IMG/VR virus record: IMGVR_UViG_3300020027_000006
Span: 11,245-75,244 of that record
DNA: 64,000 nucleotides
From: a virus
Direction: 5' to 3' (one strand)
Each line of letters begins with the position of its first letter. Position 1 is the stretch's first letter. This document shows positions 44,473 to 53,300 of the stretch, one piece after another. The translations under genes were made by a program, and so were the position numbers. The notes under the pieces were generated by a model. That model ran no database searches. It had not been told where the DNA came from and saw nothing but the letters and a program-made list of their open reading frames with translations.

Positions 44473-45405
44473 ATGGGTAAATGGAAAATAGACGATGAAC
44501 TGGTTTCAAACCAAACTCTTTATATGAGAGAGTGGTCTGAAACCAAAAATGGTAAAGCGTATAAAGAACGGCATAAAGATTATGCAAAGCAGTGGAGATT
44601 AGATAATAGAGATAAAGCCAAAGCTATTCAAAAGCGTTCTATGTACGAAGCGAGAATGGAAGTTTTACAGCATTATTCAGGTTTAGAAACGCCAGAGTGT
44701 AAATGCTGTAAAGAACAGATGTTTGAATTTCTCCAAATAGACCATATTGAGGGTAATGGTGCAGGACATAGAAGAAGTATTGGAATGGCTCAAGGTGACT
44801 TGAATCAAGTAGCTAAACAAAAAGAACGTGGTAAAATTTCTTTGGGCGGTAATGGTTTTATCTATTGGCTAAAGAAGAATAATTTTCCAGAGGGGTTTCA
44901 AGTGCTTTGTGCTAATTGTAACTTGGGAAAACGTACCAATAAGTACTGCCCGCATGAGATACAAAATGGTATGGATATGTATGGAAACACAATAGCCGTG
45001 CAGAAAGAAGAATTCCCAGAATTAACTCGTCGTAGACGTGGTGAGGCACAAAAAGAAGCTGATGAATTGGGAGTTAATGTTTCGACTTTGCGGATGAGAA
45101 GATGGACAGAAAAGCAAAGATTATTAAACCCTAAACCAGAAAAAATTAAGTTAGAGCCTACTGCTTGTGGTAAAGGACATGTATTTCCTGAGAATTTATA
45201 CCAAAGAGAGGGAGATAATAGACGCTACTGTAAGCAGTGTAAAAGGGACTCAAAAGCTAGAAGAAAAGAGTGTGATACGCTATTAAATTCTGAGTTGTTT
45301 GATGATAATGAAGAGAATCAACATCATTGTGGAGGGTTTTGTAACTGTACTTTTTGTATGGACGAGGTAAATGGTGTTTCGTTGATAAACTCCGCAACCT
45401 CATAA
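44473..45405 (+). CDS. HNH-like endonuclease
   Basis: CKCC...LQIDHIEG...FQVLCANCNLGK; own TTGACA-17-TATAAT promoter at about 44412. Confidence 0.75.
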   Translation: MGKWKIDDELVSNQTLYMREWSETKNGKAYKERHKDYAKQWRLDNRDKAKAIQKRSMYEARMEVLQHYSGLETPECKCCKEQMFEFLQIDHIEGNGAGHRRSIGMAQGDLNQVAKQKERGKISLGGNGFIYWLKKNNFPEGFQVLCANCNLGKRTNKYCPHEIQNGMDMYGNTIAVQKEEFPELTRRRRGEAQKEADELGVNVSTLRMRRWTEKQRLLNPKPEKIKLEPTACGKGHVFPENLYQREGDNRRYCKQCKRDSKARRKECDTLLNSELFDDNEENQHHCGGFCNCTFCMDEVNGVSLINSATS

Positions 45406-45409
45406 AATT

Positions 45410-45817
45410 ATGAATCTAAGCAATCATCTTCTTTCAATAGGAGGAAACAGTATATTTAGTGACCAAATAGAATATGACCCAGATGTGGATTTATTATTGA
45501 AAGAGGGTAGAATATTTTCTGGTAGCAAAGCTTTTATAGAAATGCAGGTAAATGAATGTCATTGGAATGTAGCACATTTATTTGAGAATAAAGTAATAGA
45601 CCAGATAGTAATAGGATACGCATTGAATTACGAGGACATATGGTTTCAGCATACTTGGGGATTGAAAGAGGGTGTTATTATAGAAACTTCCGAAGTTAAT
45701 TTTGTCAATATTAAAATATATTTTGGAACAATTCTTAGTGCTCCGCATTCCTTTATAAAATTATGTAAAAATAATCCTGCTGGAAATGGAAAAGTTAGAC
45801 GAGTAAAAAAGAACTAG
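45410..45817 (+). CDS. Hypothetical protein, possible Cys-His enzyme
   Basis: NECHWNV...GYAL...WFQHTWG. Confidence 0.55.
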   Translation: MNLSNHLLSIGGNSIFSDQIEYDPDVDLLLKEGRIFSGSKAFIEMQVNECHWNVAHLFENKVIDQIVIGYALNYEDIWFQHTWGLKEGVIIETSEVNFVNIKIYFGTILSAPHSFIKLCKNNPAGNGKVRRVKKN

Positions 45818-45826
45818 TAAACTAAT

Positions 45827-46579
45827 ATGAGAAGAATGGGACGCATACCAAATACTGATTTAAGAAGATTTAATCATCTTCTTCCTAAAGTATCTTCTTC
45901 TGTTAGAAAAGCTACTACAAAACTAAAAGGACGTATGTGGCTTACATTTCCTGCTATGAATCAAGGGGATAAAGGCTATTGTGTAGCTTATTCTGGGGTA
46001 CAGTTTTTAACTGCCGCACCCGTAATAAATATTACTAAATGGTACGACAATCCAGAAGAATTACAGAAATTAGCAAGAAAGTATGACGGCCTGCCCCATA
46101 AAGGCCTAGAGGGTAGTACATCAGATGGTCTTTTTAAGGCTTTAAGAGAAGAAGGTTTTGTTAAAAATTATAAGTGGGCTATTGCTGGAGAGGTTGCTAA
46201 AAGTGCAGGCAAAGAAATAATGACAGGGGAAGATTTAGTAAATATAACTATTAACCATGTTTTAAAGAAAGCACCAGTCATAGCTGGTTCTGTATGGCTT
46301 AAAAGTATGCTGGATATTGATAAAAATGGCTTTGTTAAAGTTAACCCTAAAAGTGAGTCTGTTGGTGGTCATAACTATCTAATTAAAGGTGTAGATTTAG
46401 AAGTACAGTGCCCAGATAAATCAAAAGGAGCATTTAGAATTCTAAATTCTTGGGGTCTTGATGATTTTGGACAGCATGGCGAATGCTGGCTATCTTTTAC
46501 AGATGCGGACTGGCTTTGGTCAATGGATGGTGATATAGTTACTTCTAACGAGCTGTTAAAAGGCTCTAGAATTGGATAA
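45827..46579 (+). CDS. Papain-family (C1) cysteine peptidase
   Basis: NQGDKGYCVAYS, GGHNYLIKG, ILNSWG. Confidence 0.85.
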   Translation: MRRMGRIPNTDLRRFNHLLPKVSSSVRKATTKLKGRMWLTFPAMNQGDKGYCVAYSGVQFLTAAPVINITKWYDNPEELQKLARKYDGLPHKGLEGSTSDGLFKALREEGFVKNYKWAIAGEVAKSAGKEIMTGEDLVNITINHVLKKAPVIAGSVWLKSMLDIDKNGFVKVNPKSESVGGHNYLIKGVDLEVQCPDKSKGAFRILNSWGLDDFGQHGECWLSFTDADWLWSMDGDIVTSNELLKGSRIG

Positions 46580-46634
46580 AACTAGAAAATCTAGTTTGTT
46601 ACTGTAATAGACAGTCATAAAATAGTAGAGTTTA

Positions 46635-47056
46635 ATGAAGAAAATAATCAAATCTGTGATTAGACGGTTTTTAGTTCCAGATAGAGTTCCACATATGTTA
46701 GTATCATTGTTAATGGTTCTTATGTCTGTAGGTATTGGGATAGTATTTAACTCTATACTATTAGGAATATTTTTTTGGCCTTTATTCGGTTTAGGTATAA
46801 CGCTGCATTGAATATTCTAAAAAAGAAACTTGGAGAGGTTTTTCCGAACGAAGTAGAGGGCTTTTTAGTTAGCCCAAAACTGTTAAAAGTTTAAAGTTAA
46901 TTTCATTGTTTTTCATTGAAATTAGTAACTATTGTTGCATATTTTATTATAGGAGTTTATACTGCATTAGCTGTAAGTAAAGTGACAGGATTTATCTGTG
47001 CAGTAATTATAAACAAGCTTTTAGCAATTAGAGCATGGGCTTATGCTCAAGATTAA
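46635..47056 (+). pseudogene. Membrane protein gene interrupted by a 128-bp TnpB right-end insertion
   Basis: Removing 46802-46929 restores a 97-aa hydrophobic ORF (...LFGLGI-TIVAYFIIG...WAYAQD*). Confidence 0.7.
46796..46933 (+). mobile_element. 138-bp exact inverted copy of the TnpB 3' end/right end at 24871-25008
   Basis: Base-by-base match to the reverse complement of 24871-25008. Confidence 0.85.
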
Positions 47057-47375
47057 TTTTAAGGTATCCCGGAATCCGGGATTAAGGGAGAACGATTATT
47101 ATGGCAGAAACTAAAGTAGAATTAATGTTTGACGGTATTTTACAAGAGTGTGTATTAAAAGAAGATAGAAACAATGAGCTTCTTTATGTAGCAGATGACG
47201 GGCAGTTTGTGAAATTTCCTGTTACTGTTGATTTAGAAGAAGCAATTGAAAATCATAATGATGCTAACTCTAAAGAAGTAGAAGTTATTGAGGATGTGTC
47301 CTACGGGGATGTTACAACTTTTGACAGCGAAGGTAACGAAGTAAAATAATACAATACAATAAAGGAGCAATTATT

Positions 47376-47792
47376 GTGGATATACAACATATATATAGTT
47401 ATACGGCTACTTATGAAGATGGGTCATCTATTACAATGGATGCAAACGATATAAATTCTGATGTTTCAGTTTTAGATTCCGCAAAGTCTAAATTTTTTGA
47501 TGTGCTAGAGAAAGAAAAAGAATCTAAACTGATAAGCTTTGTTTTACATAATGCGGAACGAAGTGTAGGGGTGGATTTGCGAGATGGTCACTTTGAAATA
47601 AACGGAATACCTTTTTTTCAGCACAGACCTGATTTAAATTCTTATAAAGAATTTAGAGTAATATATTATAGAACTGTTCAACGTACAATGAATATGATAG
47701 GACAAGAAATAGAGTCAGGGGTTTTGGCATACAGCATTGGATGGCAAGTAACTTATAAAAATGAGAATGTACAACGTACATTAATGGTATAA
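47376..47792 (+). CDS. Conserved phage hypothetical protein
   Basis: VDLRDGHFEING...VIYYR...YSIGWQ. Confidence 0.6.
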   Translation: MDIQHIYSYTATYEDGSSITMDANDINSDVSVLDSAKSKFFDVLEKEKESKLISFVLHNAERSVGVDLRDGHFEINGIPFFQHRPDLNSYKEFRVIYYRTVQRTMNMIGQEIESGVLAYSIGWQVTYKNENVQRTLMV

Positions 47793-47793
47793 A

Positions 47794-48573
47794 ATGAAAA
47801 AACAAAAAGGATTTTGTATATGGATAACAGGTCTTTCTGGCTCTGGAAAAACAACTTTAGCTGATGAGTTAAGGCTCCAACTAGGAAGGCCTGTCAGCAT
47901 TTTAGATGGAGATGAGGTACGAAAAACTTTATGTAAAGATTTAGGATTCTCTAAAGATGATAGAGATGAGAACGTATCTAGAATTGCTTTTGTGGCAAGT
48001 GAGTTAGTTAAACAGGGGATTATAGTTATTGTTTCCTGTATAAGTCCTTATAAAGATGCAAGATTAGATGCTAGAAATCTAATAGGCGATTTTATAGAGG
48101 TCTTTCTTGATACCCCTAAAGAAGTGCTTTCTACCAGAAGCAAATACTTAGGAGAGTATGAAATAGGAACTCCAGAATTAGTTATTAACTCAGGAACTCC
48201 TCAAGACAATGCACTTACCCTTATAAATTATTTAGTAGATGCGGAGTATCTAGGGACATCTTTTATGTTAGGCAGATTTCAACTGTGGCATGCTGGTCAT
48301 ACAGCCTTATTTAAAGAGGCGTTGAAAGAAGGAAGAGTGTGCATCGGAGTAAGAAACCTTAAAAAAAGTAAAAGTAATCCTTTTGATTTTAGAGAAGTTG
48401 AAGTTAGCATTCAAAACGCTTTAGTTGCATATGAGGGTAGATATAACATCATCCAGATGCCTAATATAACTAGTATAGTGTATGGAAGAGATGTGGGGTA
48501 CGACGTAAAAAGAATAGATTTAACTCCTGATTTAGAGAGTATAAGCGGAACCAAGATAAGGAACAAGATATGA
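47794..48573 (+). CDS. cysC: Adenylyl-sulfate kinase fused to HxGH nucleotidyltransferase domain
   Basis: WITGLSGSGKTT, LDGDEVR...DLGFSKDDRDENV; C-terminal GRFQLWHAGH...YGRDVGY...ISGTKIR. Confidence 0.85.
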   Translation: MKKQKGFCIWITGLSGSGKTTLADELRLQLGRPVSILDGDEVRKTLCKDLGFSKDDRDENVSRIAFVASELVKQGIIVIVSCISPYKDARLDARNLIGDFIEVFLDTPKEVLSTRSKYLGEYEIGTPELVINSGTPQDNALTLINYLVDAEYLGTSFMLGRFQLWHAGHTALFKEALKEGRVCIGVRNLKKSKSNPFDFREVEVSIQNALVAYEGRYNIIQMPNITSIVYGRDVGYDVKRIDLTPDLESISGTKIRNKI

Positions 48574-49181
48574 GCAAGCCTCTATGTATTTTAGTATTAG
48601 GAGTCCCGCGTTCAGGGACATCCTGTGTTGCTGGGATTCTGCATCATCTAGGCGTGTCAATGACTGCACCCGATTGTATAGGAGGAGCTACTGATGCCAA
48701 CCCCAAAGGATTTTTCAGCGACACTGAGTTTGAATTTTTCTGTAATAAGAAATATGGAACATATTTCCCTGTTACTGCGGAGCCACTGACAGAAGATGAA
48801 CGAGAATATCTGTCAGATATGATTCGTGCTAGAAAAGCTCCTTTATGGGGAGTTAAGGAGTGGAGAATATCTTTATTTTTGGATGAGTTTATAGAGCTTG
48901 CTGGAGATGTCAAAGTTATTCGTACCTCTAGACCTTTGGAACGTTCATATAAATCTTGGAATGAGCATTTTAGGAATCTGGATAGCCCATCTTTAGATGA
49001 TTATTTTAGAGCAACTGTGTTAATAGATAATTCACTTAAAGATAAAGTCGTTACTGACATAGATTTTGACAGTATTGTTGATGATAAAAATACTGTTCTT
49101 AATACATTAGCTGATTTAACTGGGAGACCTCGTAACTCAAAGGTCGATTCAATGATAGATGCCAGTCTAAGGAGGTTTTAA
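48570..49181 (+). CDS. Sulfotransferase family protein
   Basis: PAPS-binding LGVPRSGTS, NPKGFF, WGVKE. Confidence 0.8.
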   Translation: MSKPLCILVLGVPRSGTSCVAGILHHLGVSMTAPDCIGGATDANPKGFFSDTEFEFFCNKKYGTYFPVTAEPLTEDEREYLSDMIRARKAPLWGVKEWRISLFLDEFIELAGDVKVIRTSRPLERSYKSWNEHFRNLDSPSLDDYFRATVLIDNSLKDKVVTDIDFDSIVDDKNTVLNTLADLTGRPRNSKVDSMIDASLRRF

Positions 49182-49183
49182 TA

Positions 49184-50271
49184 ATGGTGAGTCAAGGGCC
49201 AAACAGCCCATCTACAGCCGCAAGTATCGCAAATGGCACTGTCATTGTTTGGGCAAATCCTAATAATAGTCTTGCTTCCGATAATTCTTATTCAACCGTA
49301 GCAAATTCGGGGTCTGATAGTGAATATTTAAGAGTTACCAATTTTGGATTTTCTATACCGTCTGGGTCAACTATAAATGGTGTAGTAGTTGAAATAGAGC
49401 AAAAAGGTAGTGCAGCATTTTCTGTTTCTGATGGAATAAATAGTCTCACATTGAATAGCCACAAACTAATAAAATCTGGTTCTCCAGTAGGGACAAGTAA
49501 AAGAACGAATACTATGTGGTCAGCTACGGATGGCTACGTTACATACGGTAGCTCATCCGACCTTTGGGGTACGACGTGGACAATAGCCGAGATTAATGAC
49601 AGTAGTTTTGGCTTTCAAGGCTCCGCTCATATGTATGGTAAATCTTTGGTTACTGCTTCTATTGACCATATTCGTATAACAGTTCATTATACAGCTGGGG
49701 CAGCTTCTAATTTATTATTGGCTTCCTCTAGGACATATCAGCCAATAGTGGCACAGTAGGAGAATATATGGGAAGAATTTATACAGCATTAGGTGAAAAC
49801 CTAACACTTGGAACAGGTAACGTCTTGGTAGCATTGCAAACCGCAGCTGGAGTAGCGGCAGGTTCTCTTGTAGCAATTAAAAGAATAGAGATTGGACAAT
49901 CAGGAACAACTACAGCTGCACAAATACGTTTGGCATTATCTACAAGAAATACTTCAGGAACTCTAACAACTACCAGTGTTACTCCTCAATCTTTATCTCC
50001 GGTTACAGGGTCTGCATCTGGATTAGCAGGTAATACATCTGTAGTAGGTGCTGCCGCACGAATTGGAATAAATTCTTCAGCGGATTCTGGAGGAACCTAT
50101 ACTGACCACTACTATGCTACATTTAATAATCTTAATGGATGGTTGTGTGTTCCCACGCCCTCCGAAGTGATTGAGATTTCACCGTCAATAGTATGGTGTG
50201 TAAGATTTCTTGCGGCCCCAGCTACCACTACTGGATGGACTGTATGTGTAACTTATGAAGAAATGATATAA
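49184..50271 (+). other. Two putative virion beta-sandwich proteins (49184..49759, 49768..50271)
   Basis: TNFGFSIPSGSTINGV...YGSSSDLWGTTWT; Ser/Thr/Gly-rich. Confidence 0.6.
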
Positions 50272-50323
50272 TTATTAGGCTTTAACAGTCTGAATACAAT
50301 CAGACCTTCTATCTATCAATACA

Positions 50324-53300
50324 ATGATTTATTATTTGCCACAAATCCCTCAGCCACAGCGTAAAATAGCAGCTGTCCTCTTGCTGAGTGTAACTACCAC
50401 CAAGACTCAAGTTGGTGTAGCTAGACTAATCAAATCTGTTACTCAAACACAAGCAGGTGTTTCTCTAATACAGGCTACTGTTTTAAAAACACAAACAGGA
50501 ACTGCTAGAATTCGAGCTTCTGCTACAAAGACACAGATAGGCATCTCTCGTATTCAAGTTGTTCCTAGTACAGTTCTGACTACAACTGATGGACATAATT
50601 TTGGTACAGATACTACTCCAACTTTAGAATTTGTTGGTTCTGATGGAAATAGTGATGATATTACTTATGAAGTAGAAATTGTTAGTTCATATGTATCAGA
50701 TTTATCTACATTTAATAATAACTCTATATTATTATCGTCTACAACCAATAAAGCTATTGGACAGTCTTTTACAGGTGATGGCGGAACTCTATCTAAATTA
50801 ACTTTAAATTTAAGCAAAATTGGAGTCCCTACAGGAAACGCTGTTGCACACGTGTACGCTCATTCAGGTACTTATGGCACTAGTTCTATACCAACTGGTG
50901 CTCCAATTGCTACTTCCGATAATTTTAATGTAGCTACTTTAACCTCCTTAGTCACAAGTCGAAATATAATTTTTAGTGGAGTTAATAAGATTGTATTAAC
51001 TAACGCCACCAACTATGTAATTGCTATTGAATATACAGGAGGGGATGGAAGTAACAATATTCAAGTAGGATACTCAACATCTGTGAGTCCTCATACAGGT
51101 AATGCAAATTTTGAGAATACGTCTAATGTATGGACAGCTTTTGCAACTTCTGATTTATATTTTTATTTGACCTGTGAAAAAACTTTAAATAAATTGTCAA
51201 ATGCGGACTCAGGTTTTTTAAATCTTGATAATGGCGGAGATACTAACCCGTTTACATCAGGAGACGATATATCATTCACTGTTCAAGCAGGAGATGCTTT
51301 ACACGTCGGTTCTCATAGCTGGAGAGTTAGAGGTAAAGACCCAACAGGTACAAATACATTTGGTGCTTGGACAACTGCTAGAGTTATTTACATATCTGAA
51401 ACCTCTACCAAAACACAGTCAGGTGTATCTCGAATTCAAGTAACTCCTACTATTGTACCTAATACAGTTGACGGAACGAGTTTTGGAACTGATACAACAC
51501 CTACTATTGAATTCACCGGAACGGATGGAAATAATGATGATATAGAATATCAAATTCAAATATCACAGAACAATACCTTTCCAAGTGATGTTATTACATC
51601 AGTAGATTTAACAGGCTCTCCTTTTGACTTAGACTTAGCGGGGTTTTTTTCCGAAGTAGGGCAATCATTCCAAGGAACTAATGACGCACTTAGCATAGCA
51701 CGTTTTAGAATTAAACAAAGTGGCACCAGTGGAACATTAATAGCAAAGCTTTATGCTCATTCTGGAACATATGGAACTAGTTCTGTACCTGATACTGGAA
51801 CTCTATTGGCGACATCAAATTCTGTAAATATAAGTACAGTAGGAAGTTCGTATAACTGGGTAGATTTTACATTTTCATCCCCTTATACAGTTGTATCTGG
51901 TACTAACTATGTTATTGTTTTAGAAACTTCTGTATCGGGAGGAGCCTCAAGTGCAGAATGCCTTACTGACCCTGCTGCTCATTCAGGTAATTTATCCTTC
52001 TTTTCAGGCTTTTGGTCTTCTATTGGATTTGATTTATCAATACAGTTGGTAAAAACGGTCTCATCTGTAGATTTGGTTATAGATAAAACCTCAGTTGCTC
52101 ATGCAGGTTTTTTAAATACCGTAAATGGAGGAGATACACATCCTTTTACATCATCTGAAAAAGTTAGCTTTACTGTTCAAGCAGGAGATGTTTTAATTCC
52201 TGCACTTTATTATTGGAGAGTTAGAGCAGTAGATTTAACTGGCACAAACGCTTATTCAAGTTGGACTACTACACGTAGTTTTTATGTTTATGTAACTACT
52301 ACAAAGACACAGATAGGTATCTCTCGTATAACATCTAGTTCATCTAATACTCAAGCAGGTGTTTCTCGAATAAGAAAATCGGCAGGTCAAACACAAACTG
52401 GTTTTACTCGTATAACCACGTTTACACAGAGAAATCAAACTGGTAAATCTGCGGTTCAAAATACAACAACTATAACTCGAATCGGTGTTTCACGTATTAC
52501 TAAAGCTTCTGTAGTTACTCATTTAGGTAAGGCTGCAATTTATAATACAACATCTCGTACCCAAGTTGGTGTATCTAGAGTTACTAAAATTGTCACGCAA
52601 ATACAAACTGGCATCTCTGCAATCAGTAAGACAGTCCTCAGAACACAAACTGGTCTTGCACGTATTCAAATAACTTCTATTAGCAGTACTCTTAGACTCT
52701 GGACTCCTTATGATACTTCAAGCCCTGTATGGTGGGTTGATGCAACCCAATTAATAGGGTATGTGGATAACGACCCTGTAATATCATGGGATGACTCATC
52801 TGGTAACGGAGTACCAGCCACAAACGGTGTATTTAATGCTCCACATTATAAAACAAATCAATTAAATGGTCATCCAGTTGTAAACTTTGTAGCGGCTAAC
52901 AATGAGGGGCTGAGAGCGTACCCAACAGTTAATATTCCTTACAGTATTTTTGCGGTAGCGAGAATAGGGGCAACTAGCGAGAGACTTATTGGCTCTGTAT
53001 ATCCTGAGCATCAAAACTGGGTTATTGGGTGGCATTCTGCAAAAGAAGATGTTTTCTACGCTAACGGATGGGTTGAACCTACAGGAGTTTCTCCAACTTT
53101 TGACTGGAAGATTTACAGTGCTACTGGTACAGGGGCAGTAGCTTCGTTCTACTCTAGTGGTAATTTAATTGCTTCTAATTCTTCTGGGGTTGCTGGAGTT
53201 AACGGTGGAATAGCACTGTCTGGTTATGGTTCATCCTCTACCTCAGAGCTTTCAGATGGTGATATTGCAGAAGTTCTGATGTACACCACTGCTTTAACTG

